A stretch of 36,706 bases of DNA from Chiloscyllium plagiosum (taxonomy: Eukaryota). A program made the translations under genes and the position numbers. The stretch is taken from the NCBI RefSeq assembly GCF_004010195.1, contig NC_057755.1:10580685-10617390 (forward strand), written 5' to 3'. Under the pieces are notes generated by a model. That model saw nothing but the letters and a program-made list of their open reading frames with translations. It was not told where the DNA came from and searched no databases. This document shows, in pieces, positions 13,851 to 24,673 of the stretch; positions within the stretch are counted from its first letter, which is position 1, and each line of letters begins with the position of its first letter.

Positions 13851-14243
13851 TAAATGGAAAGATCACATCAATCTCTCGGTACATTTCACCTGCTGCCCAG
13901 CCATGTATTATTTTCTGTATTGTGGTACTTTTCCCAAAACCTGACGGTCCAATGATGAGAGTGGTCCCAGTGCCTCCCGTCTGATTACAATGTTTTCTCA
14001 GTAACCTATCTAACGGTATTTCTTCCCGATGGTTCTGCTCAGCTTTCCTCCAGATTTCTCCTCCTGCCGTACTCCTGGTCTTCAGTGTATTGTCTGTTTG
14101 TTCCTGCTCACCCAGTGAAGGAATAATAGTTACTTTGGTATATCTTTCACTCAGTGGAAATCTCTGAATTCTTCTGTTTTCTCCTGTTATTGTTAGATTC
14201 TCGTTCTTTTTGCGAAGGTAATGTTTGTGCTGCCGTTTTATAT
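13851..14243 (-). CDS. NLR large exon, proximal part: FISNA-like region and NACHT P-loop
   Basis: Phase-1 acceptor 'tattttaatttag|AT' at 14244/14243. Translation 'DIKRQHKHYLRKK...FPLSERYTKVTII...IPLDRLL...TLIIGPSGFGKSTTIQKIIHGWAAGEMYREIDVIFPF'. Walker A at 13950-13927, followed by the NLR-typical KIxxxWAxG..FxF. Confidence 0.93.
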
Positions 14244-14979
14244 CTAAATTAAAATATTCAGGAAGTTTACCATCACCATTCATATTGGCAATATTTATCA
14301 GAATGATACTATGAACAAAATGCTAACGTTGCAATTGCTTTTGTGCCGATCTCTGTAATTGTGAAACTTGTGTTACATTGATCAACTGATTTAATCTAAT
14401 TATTTCACAGAGGCAGGTAGTGGAGTCGTGGTAATCTTACTGGGCTAGTGATCCAGAACCCCAGCCTGTAATTGCTGCCTTTATCCTTAAAACCTTCCTT
14501 AACAAGGTTGTAAGGTTGCCTCCAGGAAGGCTGAATGATTACACCCAGTTTCCCTTCAGTTCTCACTCTCACTACCTTCAGTATGCCTGGACGTACTTCA
14601 CCAGCTCGTGATGCCTTGTTCATGTTAACTATCAACACTCCATTCAACACTCCTTCCTCATCAATTTTAAAGTCTTCCCATGACAGTTTCCATCTCTATC
14701 ACAGCCTCCTTTGGAATATTCTGCAGAAGTTGTGATTAGTCGAGTTTTCTATTGGTTGCTCTTGCCTCCCATTTGTTAGTTCCTTTGTTTAATGACCTGG
14801 GCGGTGTATTTATTCACAAAGATTTAATACTGTGTAAAGCTCCCATCATATATTATCCACATTACGTTACCTACCATGAGTCGGCTTTCCAAAGAGAGAA
14901 TTAACTGTCTCTCGATATTTATTTAGTACAGTACAAAAGCAGACATGAGGAAGTTCCACCAGTATCTTTATGGATGAGA

Positions 14980-15780
14980 ATTTGTCATTGTATCGATCAC
15001 AAATCTCAGCTCGGGCTACTGAAGGAAGACAAGGTGATGCAGCTTCCAGTCAAATTCAACGTTGAATCCTTATTCTCAGCGCCTACAAGGACAAGTTCAA
15101 ACACCGTCCTGGAAGCCAAGTGGCTAATGTAGATGCTTTGGGCCCCCTCCCAATGGCAGATATTCACTCAATTGGTGTCTTCCTTTGAAGAATCTGTTGT
15201 AGCTCAATCTTTCTGGATGCACGTCCACTCACTGTGAACATTATCTGACTGTGGACACAAGAAGATCGTGTCCTGTGGGCAGAAACAGCTGAGGGGCAAG
15301 TGTGATGGTCCCAAGTTATGGTCACCACTAGATACTGGCCGATCTCAGCCAGGATTATCCAGGGGTATCCAAGATGGAGATGCTGGTGAGGAGCTATGTT
15401 GGCTAGGATTGGATGCCAACGTAGCTGCGTTGGAGGGATAGTGCCCCGAGTGCCAACAATGTCATGAATTGTCAATCACAGTATGGGAATGTCCGGGACA
15501 ACCCTGGATCATTGGCTATGCTTTTTCAGCAACACATTTTCAGCTCTATGCTGATCCTTTCATTGGCTCAATGTTCCTGGTCATTGCAGTCGCCCGTTCA
15601 AAAATGTTGGAGGTGCGTAAGATTCGTTCACTGAACTCAGGGGTAATGATTGACAAGGTGCAAGCATTGTTCGTGATACACGGATCCTCGGAAGTATGAG
15701 TCACTGACAAGGGAATGTCATTTACCACAGGAATTTTGAAAATTTCCAAAAGTCAAATGGCATTCAGCACATAAGGACAG
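14980..15780 (+). mobile_element. Degraded Ty3/Gypsy pol remnant (RNase H end and integrase)
   Basis: Fragments 'ILSAYKDKFKHRPGSQVANVDALGPLP', 'WECPGQPW' and 'PFIGSMFLVIAVARSKMLEV...LFVIHGSSEV*VTDKGMSFT', with stops and frameshifts. Confidence 0.72.
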
Positions 15781-15783
15781 CTT

Positions 15784-16505
15784 TGAGAGTGTGATGCTGG
15801 AAAAGCACAGCAGGTCAACCAGCATCTGAGGGGCAGGAAATTTATGTTTCGGGCATGAGCACTTCATCAGGAATGAGTCGGGTGGGTCAGGGGAGCTGAG
15901 AGATAACTGGGAGGGTGGTGGGGTTGGGGGGGAAGTTAGCTGAAAATAGAATAGGTAAGTGAAGGTGAGGGAGAAGGGGAGAGGTCGGAGAGGAGGGTGA
16001 AGGGAATAGATGGGAAAGGTGATGGACAGGTCAGCAGGCAGGCTTGCAATTCGGAAAATGTGGGGGGAGGGGAAATGAGGAAACTGTTGAAATCCACATT
16101 GACCCCATGTGGTCGCAGGGTCCCGAGGTGGAATATGAGGGGTTCCTCCTCCAGGCATTGGGTGGTAATGGTTTGGCAGTGGAGGAGACCAAGGATCTGC
16201 ATGTCCTTGATGGAGTGGGAGGGGGTGGTGAAGTGTTCAGCCACTGGGCAGTGGAGCTGGGTGGTGCAGGCATCCCAGAAATGTTCTCTGAAATGATCCA
16301 CAGGTAGGAATCCTGTCTCCCCGATGTAGAGGAGACCAAGTTGGATTCATCGAATACAGTAGATGGCATCGATGGAGGTACAAGTGAATTTCTGTCAGAT
16401 GTGAAAGGATCCTCTGGGGCCTTGGACGGAGGTGAGGGGAATGGTGTGGGTGCAGGTTTTGCACTTCCTGCATTGGCAGGGGAGGTTGCTTGGAGTGTGG
16501 TGTTG
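15784..16505 (-). mobile_element. Penelope-like element 3' part (GIY-YIG endonuclease and pseudo-LTR) inserted in the Gypsy remnant
   Basis: Minus ORF 'HFREHFWDACTTQLHCPVAEHFTTPSHSIKDMQILGLLHCQTITTQCLEEEPLIFHLGTLRPHGVNVDFNSF'. Degenerate CTGATGA...GAAAC motif at 15873-15841. Confidence 0.85.
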
Positions 16506-16591
16506 ACTGGTGGGCGTCCCTGAATATAGAGCAGAGAGTGTCTACGAACACCCTTGCACTGCTCAGGGATGGTGGACAACACAGGGAGTGG

Positions 16592-16788
16592 AATGTAATA
16601 TTTCCTCTTCAAACTCTATTTTGATTCAGTCTCTGCCGTCCCCTTCCCTTCCTTGGTCACCCAGCATTGCCCTTTGATGAGAAGGTCACTGCTTGTCACT
16701 GCCCACTTACTTCCTGGTGGTGGGTCATGAATAAAGATTGATGTGCTCATTGTTATTAACTGTGTCCTACAACTTCATACACACAACA
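16592..16788 (+). mobile_element. Possible 3' LTR of the Gypsy remnant
   Basis: Purine tract AGGGAGTGGAA directly before TGTAAT, an internal AATAAA, and an ending in ...CACAACA. No matching 5' LTR was found. Confidence 0.35.
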
Positions 16789-17034
16789 TGGGTGCTGGGA
16801 ATAAATAAATTTGACAATAGTGTGGAGATTTACAAAAAAGAATGAAGAAAATAAAAAATCTTATTTATAATCAGGCAATGTCATCAGCTGTGGACTGACT
16901 CCAAGCTGGCTAGCCACAGCCAGTGTACTATGGGGAAGAAATCAGTTGTCTTACATTTTTGTTTCTTTTGTTTTTGTGTTTCTGGGTATCTTTTCTTTTA
17001 TTGGGCTGTATTCGGCTGCGCAAGCAATCACCAT

Positions 17035-18500
17035 CACCACTGCTGCAGCCTGGTGTGACTCCAATGCTACAGCCTGGGTCTGACTCCACTCCTACAGCCT
17101 GTACCTGACACAACTGCTGCAACCTGGGTCTGAATCCACTGCTGCAGCCTAGGCCTGACTCCACTGGTGTAGCCTGGGCCTGACCCCGCAGCTGCAGTCT
17201 GGGCCTGACCCCGCAGCTGCAGCCTGGGCATGACACCACTGCTGCAACCTGGGCCTGACACCACTGCTGTGGTCTGGGCCTGACTCGACTGCTGCAGCCT
17301 GGGCATGACACCATTGCTGCAACCTGTGCCAACTCCATGCTGCAGCCTGGGATTGACACCACTGTTGCCAATGGACCTGACTACACTGCTGCAGCCTGGG
17401 CTTGATTCCACTGCTGCAGCCTGGGCTTAACTCTACTGCTACAGCCTGGGCCTGGCTCCACTGCTGCAGCCTGCTCCTGACTCCACTGCTGCAGCCTGCG
17501 ATTGACTCCACTGCTACTGTCGGGACTGACTCCACCGCTGCAGCCTGGGCCTGACCCCACTGCTACTGTCTGGGCCTGACCCCACTGCTGCAGACTGGAC
17601 GTGACTCCACTGCTGTAGCCTGGGGAAACCTCCACTGCTGCAGCCTGGACCTGGCTCCACTGCTGCACCTGGGCCTGAATCCATTGCTGCAGCCTGCGCC
17701 TGACACAACTGCTGCAGCCTGGACCTGACTCCACTGCTGCATCCTAGGCCTGACACAAGTGCTGCTGCCTGGACCTGACTACACTGCTGCTGCCTGGACC
17801 TGAGTCCACCGCTGCAGCATAGGCCTGACTCCTCTGCTGCTGCCTGGAGTAGACTTCACTGCTTCAGCCTGGTCCTGATCCCACTGCTGCAGTCTGGGCC
17901 TAACTCCACTACTGTAGCCTGCGCCTGACTCCACTGCTGCAGCCGGAGCCTGACCCCATTGCTGCAGCCTGGGCCTGACTCTAATGTGCAGCCTGCATCT
18001 GACTGCTGGCTGCAGCAATGGGGTCAGGCCCAGGCTGCAGCAGTGGTGTCAGGCCCAGGCTACAGTCGTGGAGTTAGGCCCAGACTGCAGCAGTGGGATC
18101 AGGACTCCACTGCTGCAGCCTGGGCCTGACTCCACTGCTGCTGCCTGAGCCTGATTCCACTGCTGCAGCCAGGGCCTGACTCCACTGCTTCAGCCTAGGC
18201 CTGAATCCACTGCTGCAGCCTGGGCCTGGCTCCACTGCTGCAGTCTGGAACTGACACCACTGCTGTCACCTGGGCTTAACTCTACTGCTACAGCCTGGGC
18301 CTGGCTCCACTGCTACAGCCTGGGCCTGACTCCACTGCTGCAGCCTGGACCTGACTCCACTGCTGCAGTCTGGAACGGACACCACTATTGTCACCTGGGC
18401 TTAACTCTACTGCTGCAGCCTGGGCCTGACTCCACTGCTGCAGCCTGTCCCTGACTCCACTGCTGCAGCCTGCGCCTGATTCCACTGCTACAGCCGGGAC
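17035..18500. repeat. GC-rich 25-bp minisatellite (consensus GCCTGGGCCTGACTCCACTGCTGCA) with a 97-bp inverted block at 18008-18104
   Basis: Tandem units read directly. The ORFs here are period artefacts. Confidence 0.95.
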
Positions 18501-18509
18501 CTAACTCTA

Positions 18510-18677
18510 TAATCTCTGGGACACCCGCACCAATCAACCAGACCGCCCTTTGTCCCAACATTTCAAAACCCCCTCCCACTCTGCCGAGGACATTGATCTC
18601 CTGGGCCTCCTTCACCGCCACTCCCTGACCAGCTGACACTGGAGGAAGAATGCCTCATCTTCCCCCTTGGAACATTG
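18510..18677 (+). mobile_element. Penelope-like GIY-YIG C-terminal fragment
   Basis: 'LWDTRTNQPDRPLSQHFKTPSHSAEDIDLLGLLHRHSLTS..LEEECLIFPLGTL', the same motif family as the minus ORF at 16301-16080. Confidence 0.75.
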
Positions 18678-18699
18678 ACTCACCAAACAGCATTCCACC

Positions 18700-18961
18700 T
18701 AAACCTCTACCATATCTGTGTGACCCCACATTTCCCATGTCTAATCATCATGGTCTGCACAACTTGGCACTATGGGAAATTTAGCATCATGAATCTACTC
18801 AACCTGCAGATCCGTGGACTGTAGGAGGAAACCAGATCTCCTGGCAGAAACCCACACAGACACGGGGAGAATGTACAAACTTCTTAGTGGCAGAAGGGCA
18901 AGGTTGGAATACAGGCCCCTTAATGCTTTGAGGTGGCAGTGCTAACCATAGAGGCACTGTG
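18700..18961 (-). mobile_element. tRNA-derived SINE (HE1/V-SINE-like)
   Basis: Minus strand has a head 'cacagtgcctctatggttagcactgccacctc' and a V-domain-like body 'gtttgtacattctccccgtgtctgtgtgggtttc...tttcctcctacagtcc'. Confidence 0.75.
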
Positions 18962-19054
18962 ATTTTCAGCATTTGAAGAGCTGCCAAAATGATTTCAGTT
19001 TCCAAGAATAATGCTTGTACTTCACTGTTTAAATGTTGAGGAAAGAATATAAAA

Positions 19055-19630
19055 ATTAGGATTGTTTTCCTGAGAATTTAGAAGGGTAAGATGTGCTCTA
19101 TTCGAAGGTTTAAATATTAATAGGAAAAGACCATGTAGATTAAGATATGATTTGGAGATGCCGGTGTTGGACTGGGCTGTACAAAGGTAAAAATCACACA
19201 GCACCAGGTTATAGTCTGACAGGTTTAATTTGAAGCACTAGCTTTCAGAGAGTTGACCCTTCACTGTGGCCTCAGGACAACCATCTGATGAAGGAACGGC
19301 GTTCTGAAAGCTAGTGTGCTTCCAGTTAAACCTGTCGGACTATAACCGGGTGTTGTGTGATTTTTAACTTATGTCAAGATAAACTGTTTCCACTTGTTGG
19401 GGATTCTAGAGTTAGGGGCATCATTGAGAAACAATGCCAGAGGTTTCGGGGGAGCTGTTAGGAAAAACAAAAGGTGCAGTTCATGGTGGACATGTAGTCA
19501 AATTTGAGTTGATTTCTTGTTTTTTTTTGGCAATCAACTCTATTATGAGACATGGGTCAAACTCTGGCATATGGCATTCGGCCACAGAATCGCAATGATC
19601 TCATTGAATGGAGCAACAGCTTCAATTGCG
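19055..19630 (+). mobile_element. Old CR1-type LINE 3' fragment, interrupted by a miniature Penelope-derived element
   Basis: 'LGLFS*EFRRVR..' and 'KLFPLVGDSRVRG' remnants on either side of the insertion. Confidence 0.5.
19148..19375. mobile_element. Miniature non-coding Penelope-derived fold-back element (two inverted pseudo-LTR ends)
   Basis: ~19186-19264 is approximately the reverse complement of ~19285-19370. The termini match 21587-21670 and 23027-23143. AAGATA flanks both sides. Confidence 0.75.
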
Positions 19631-19905
19631 TACACATGTTCCAAGGTTCCAACTGAGTCGGGGGCATCAGTCTGCAATGTGCCTGCCATGCTTGCATTTC
19701 TTCTTTTCCTCACAGGACAGTGTATTCAATTTGTGAAATACAATACACGGAAAAATGCTTATGGTATTATAAACATGTGAAATTGATAGCTGTTCTGAAC
19801 TGTACTTTTCCTGAATTCATTCTCTGCTTTGAAAGTGGAGGGTGAGCTCAAATGAATTGAATAGCAGACTATTTATGTCCCTATATATAAAAAAAATAAA
19901 TTTAT

Positions 19906-20011
19906 AAATTATTAAGTAGATCTATATATATGTATACACACATACATATATATGTACATATATATGTATATACACATATATACGTACGTATATAGATCTA
20001 CTTAATAATTT
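19906..20011. repeat. Perfect 23-bp inverted repeat enclosing an alternating purine-pyrimidine (TA/CA/TG) tract
   Basis: AAATTATTAAGTAGATCTATATA (19906-19928) and TATATAGATCTACTTAATAATTT (19989-20011). Confidence 0.9.
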
Positions 20012-21586
20012 GCTATAAATTTCTTTTTTCAATTCCTTAGTAAAGCATTTGTTAACAGAAAGTCCAGCTATTATTTCATCCTTTTGCCTTACGATTCGAG
20101 CACACTCCTCACATTTTATTTTTGAACAAACTTCTATCCTGATTGCTGTTCATGTTTAAAATTAAGTTCCATATTCAGTAAAAGAGTTTAATCTTTCTGG
20201 ATGTTGAGAAGGTATTTAGTAATTTATATTTTTTCACCTACCGTTCACAATATTTTCTATGTGTGTGTTCAAATCACCCAAAGATAATTCATTTCTTACT
20301 TTGTCCACGGTTTCTAGTGCCTTGATAGTTCTGCACACTTTGTATTTACTTATTATTTCATCATCCAGCATTAAAAAGTGAACATCGAACTAAATGAAGA
20401 TTATTCTATCTGCTTGCATGCATAACGTTCTGCTGCCTATAAAATATACATGTAGTCACACTGTCTAATACAGTAATCTCCTTCCACATTGCAGAGAATA
20501 GAACACAGGGGTGCAACAGTTTTTTTTTTACAATGCTTCCATGACCCTGCACTCCTTTTGTTCTTTGCTTCAGATATCAAAGTCATGCATTCATTCAGTT
20601 CTGAGTAAGGGACACTTAACCTGAAATGTTAAGTCTGATTTACCTCCACAGATGCTACCACACCTGCTGAGATTTTCCAGTAATTTCTGTTTTGTTGTTC
20701 ACATATTGTCCCTGACTTTGCGACCACCTGACCTATCCATCAAGTGAATATGTGATGTAATCTGTTGGCTCAGGTGCATTGTTGAACAGTTAGTAATGTC
20801 ACCATTCAATTCTTCCACCAGCCAAAGTTATCATTCCAAGACTTTCTTTCTCGATATATTGCCTTGCCTGAGGTGTCATGACCCTCTACCACCAGTCAAT
20901 GCTCTCAACTGAAAGAGCAGGACTCTAGTGAATTTATGTTTACAACGAGATTGACTGGTCCCTGTAAAACTTTCAAAATCTAGTCATTTATTGGTCATTC
21001 GAACACACTTCAGAACGTCCCTCTGTGTATCATCTCACACCATTCAGGCTCTGCTACATTTGTCAATGTTCCACTGAACTGGCAGAACCAGGTTCTGCAA
21101 ACAAAAACTTTCCCTCATTCACTATGAACTAACGTGACATTTCTGTCTTGTTTCCAATTTTCTGAATTATGTCCAGCACTTCCAACACCATGCAGATAAT
21201 TTAAAAATTTTGAGAATAAATACAGATTGCCATGAACCTGAAGGTAAGTAATATTTTAGTGAAATAAAATTTCATTACTCGCTATCCTTCTGTTATTGTC
21301 CCTGAGATTTTTTTTATATTTCCTTTTGCCTTGTATCCTCAGGACTTCACATTTCACCACCTGATGCTGGGTCAGAACATAACAAAGCTTTGGTCAAAGT
21401 TTTGTTCAATGCATGAAATGAAATAACCTCATATACTTTCTTACATTGCATCGGGGCGGGGGGAGAAATAGATCATTACACAGACCTGACCTTCCATTAA
21501 CATCTAGAGTCATAGAGACATACAGCACAGAAACAGACCCTTTGGCACTACTTGTTTCATAAATTCAAGCAGTCCCAATTCGCTGT

Positions 21587-23143
21587 TAAACATCACACAA
21601 CACCAGGTTATAGTCCAACAGGTTTAATTGGAAGCACGTAGCTTTCGAAGCGACACTCCTTCATCAGGTGATAGTAGAAGGCTCGATCGTAACACAGAAT
21701 TTATAGCAAAAATTTGCAGTCTGATGTAACTGGAATTATACATTCAAACATTGATAGTCTGTTAAGCCTTTCATCCGTTAGAATACAGTGATAGTTTCAC
21801 TTCTTTCATGTGTAAATCACATTTTTTTTAAAAAAAAGTTGCATTCTCGGATTAGCTGTTAACAATGGTGATAGCTAGACAATATGTTGACGGTATTACC
21901 TCCCTGTGTTCTCTCTCTATGACCTGATGTTTAGATTGATTCTAATCTAAAAAGTGAGATATCAGAGTTTTACATAAATTCATGCAGTTTTTGAGCTCAG
22001 AGTTCTACATGAATGTGCTGCCTGTCCCAAAGTCAACTTTGGAGGATGGTCACCCGAAGGTCCGAGGTCGAATGTTCTGGACCACTGAAGTGTTCCCCAA
22101 CTGGGAGGGAACCCTCCTGTCTGTTGATTGTTGTGCGTTGCCCATTCACAACAATCAACAGACATGTGGGTTCCCTCCCAGTTGGGGAACACTTCAGTGG
22201 TCCAGGACATTCAGCCTCGGACCTTCGGGTGACCATCCTCCAAGGTGGACTTCGGGACAGGCAGCAGAGGAAAATGGCCGAGCAGAGGCTGATAGCTAAG
22301 TTCGGTACCCATAGGGAGGGCCTCAACCGGGACCTTGGGTTCATGTCACATTACAGGTGATCACCATTGCACTACACACACACACACACACACAGATATT
22401 CCCCCACACACACTCTCACATCTACACGGACACAGGTATACACAGACGCGCACACAGACACCCACACAAACCCTTATAGACACACATACTCCCACACTCA
22501 AACATGCACCCCATCACAGGCTTAAGACACTCTGCACTCACTATATACACACACTTTCTCACACTCACAACCCTCACCCCAGACAGACACACACACACAG
22601 ACAAAGACCCACATACAAATATATATTTTGTGGGGTGAATTTGTACTTGCAGAGTTATATTGCAGTTTGCTCAAAAAGTGCGTACATTCATGTAGAACTT
22701 TGAGCTCACAAACTACATGAATTTATGTACAACTGTTATCTCACTTTTTAGATTAGAATCAATCTAAACATCAGGTCATAGACAGAGAACACGGGGGCTA
22801 ACACCTTCAACATATTGTCTAGCTATCGTCATTGTTTACAGCTAATCCAAGAATGCAACTTTAAAAAAAGGGGTTTGTGATTTACACATGAAAGAAGTGA
22901 AACTATCACTGTATATTAACAGATGAAAGGCTTAACAGACAATCAATGTTTGAATGTATAATTTCAGTTACATCAGACTGCAAATTTTTGCTATAAATTC
23001 GGTATTGCAATCAAGCCCTCCGCTATCACCTGATGAAGGAGTGTCGCTCCGAAAGCTAGTGCTTCCAATTGTACCTGTTGGACTATGACCGGGTGTGTAA
23101 TTTTTAACTTTGTACACCCCAGTCCAACACCGGCATCTCCAAA
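21587..23143 (+). mobile_element. Penelope-like element with ~430-bp inverted pseudo-LTRs, an internal palindrome, a GIY-YIG C-terminus and a 12-bp target-site duplication
   Basis: 21587-22017 is inverted relative to ~22683-23108. + strand 'TTINRHVGSLPVGEHFSGPGHSASDLRVTILQGGLRDRQQRKMAEQRLIAKFGTHREGLNRDLGFMSHYR*'. TSD CCAATTCGCTGT at 21575-21586 and 23144-23155. Confidence 0.88.
23027..23061 (+). ncRNA. Minimal type I hammerhead ribozyme motif in a Penelope pseudo-LTR
   Basis: cac-CTGATGA-a-ggag tgtcg ctcc-GAAA-GC-TA-gtg: intact core, stem II, 3-bp stem I (cac/gtg) and a palindromic AGCT at stem III. Confidence 0.7.
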
Positions 23144-23965
23144 CCAATTCGCTGTATTTGGCTCAAAGACCTCTGAACCTTTCCTATCCATGTTCCTCTC
23201 CTTTTAAATGTTGTAATGGTACCTACATCTACAACTTTATCTTGCTGCTGATTAGTTTAACCTATCTTTATCTTTCTGAATAATAATAAATGGGTGGAGG
23301 GGCGCGGGGAGGGAGAGGACAATTAATATTTCGAATGACACTTACTACTGTAAATACTGAGGCAAAGAAATTATTCAACTGGTCTGCCTTCTCCCCAGAG
23401 TAATTGAAAATATCCCACTTTCCGTTTCTAATGAACCATCATTGCTCCTGAGCTGCCATTATGTGACTGTACAATCTCTTATCATTTTGATATCCCAAGG
23501 AAGTTTTCTTTAATATTCCCATTTGTAGTTCTTAAAAGCTACTTGGTGGCTGCTTTTTGGTCTTTGTGCCCTTAGCCAATCATCACCATTTATGCCGTGT
23601 GTGCACATGCAGCCTGTTTGAAATTGATTTCCCACTTGAATTTTTTCCTCTGATGTTATTCTCTGGTTAGAAAGTGAAGAATGAACCCAAATGAATTGAG
23701 TTACAAACTACATTGTCAGTGCAGTGATTTCTCTCATTTATCAAAAATTAGTCAACCCTTCTCAACCAACTTAGCTGCACTATCCTAAAAGTTTCTTGTT
23801 TGAATGGTTTCTAAAATATTTGTAAGTAATAAACTCAGCAATTATTTTTAGCTTGCATACAATTCCAGGACATGTTTGCAGTAAGTAATGTGCTGACTAT
23901 CATCCTTGTCTATGTATTATTTGAAAGTTCAGAATATGTTCAGCAATTTATATTTTAACACTTAC

Positions 23966-24031
23966 CTTGCAGAAAATCTTTTACATCTGCGTTCGGATAA
24001 CTCCAAGGTGTCTGAGTGCTTACTTCGAAAA
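23966..24031 (-). CDS. Predicted 66-nt internal exon D of the NLR gene (VFEVSTQTPWSYPNADVKDFLQ)
   Basis: Acceptor 'atatgttaacag|', donor 'CAAG|gtaagt', phase 1-1, open. It joins the NACHT exon as ...DFLQ|DIKRQHK. Confidence 0.7.
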
Positions 24032-24452
24032 CTGTTAACATATATGTTTGTAAAATTACTCGCAGTCTGAAGAATTGCACAAATCATAAAATTGCAACTT
24101 CACCATGAAATCACATTCCCAACAGGCTCAAAGTAGTTCTGTGATCCTAGGTTCCAAAATTCAACTGAGTCAGTAAACATCAGTCTGCACTGTACCCGCC
24201 CCAATTGTATTTTTTCTTGCCCTCACGAGACTGTGTATTCTATTTGTGAAATATGAAAATTTCAAAACGTGTTTATGCAGTACAGACATGCAAAATGGAT
24301 TGCCATTCTGCACATTATTTTTCCTGAATTGCTTGCTTGGTTTGAAAGTGGAGAATAAACTCAAAGGAATTGCATTGCAGGCTATTTATGTCTCCGCAAT
24401 TTTGTATATACATTTGTTGAAAATTAATGATCATATGTCAAATAGTCTAGTT

Positions 24453-24673
24453 TAGCTCATTTGGCTGGATTGTTGGTTTACAGTACAGTGTGATGTCAAC
24501 AGCGTGGGTTCACCTCCTATCACAGTTTGACGTTACCGTGAAGCACTCTCCCTCTCAACCTTTTCCCTTGCCTGCGATCTGGTGGCCCTCAGGTTAAATC
24601 ACCACCAGTTGCTTCTCTCTAATAAGAGAGCAGCCCCTACGGTTTCGTCAGACTATGGCGACACAACAACAGC
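24453..24673 (+). mobile_element. tRNA-derived SINE with 9-bp TSD, specific to duplication copy 2
   Basis: Head 'tagctca..tgg...gggttca', (CAA)n tail, TSD AGTCTAGTT at 24444-24452 and 24674-24682. Older relatives lie at ~20765-20930 and ~25437-25610. Confidence 0.7.

Larger units (their letters stand above)
19635..24102. repeat. Tandem segmental duplication, copy 1 (contains 66-nt exon D)
   Basis: Colinear similarity to 24145-27177, e.g. 19718-19881 vs 24231-24395, 20420-20740 vs 25090-25410, and 24032-24102 vs 27106-27176. Confidence 0.88.

Noticed and set aside
11883..13984. ORFs running through N gaps
   Set aside because: X runs are gap artefacts. Only the minus-strand segments 13012-13383 and 13851-14243 are coding.
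14244..14283. ORF-finder start MNGDGKLPEYFNL for the NACHT ORF
   Set aside because: More likely intronic read-through, since an AG acceptor at 14245-14244 precedes the conserved region. A single-exon start cannot be fully excluded.
16928..18639. Repetitive ORFs and a CRISPR-like look in the 25-bp array
   Set aside because: Head-to-tail minisatellite without unique spacers, unit not a multiple of 3, eukaryotic context.
20300..20389. 90-nt minus-strand exon-like segment (FDVHFLMLDDEIISKYKVCRTIKALETVDK) with AG/GT borders
   Set aside because: Open only in phase 0, which is incompatible with the phase-1 chain. The paralogous segment (~24961-25050) has in-frame stops.
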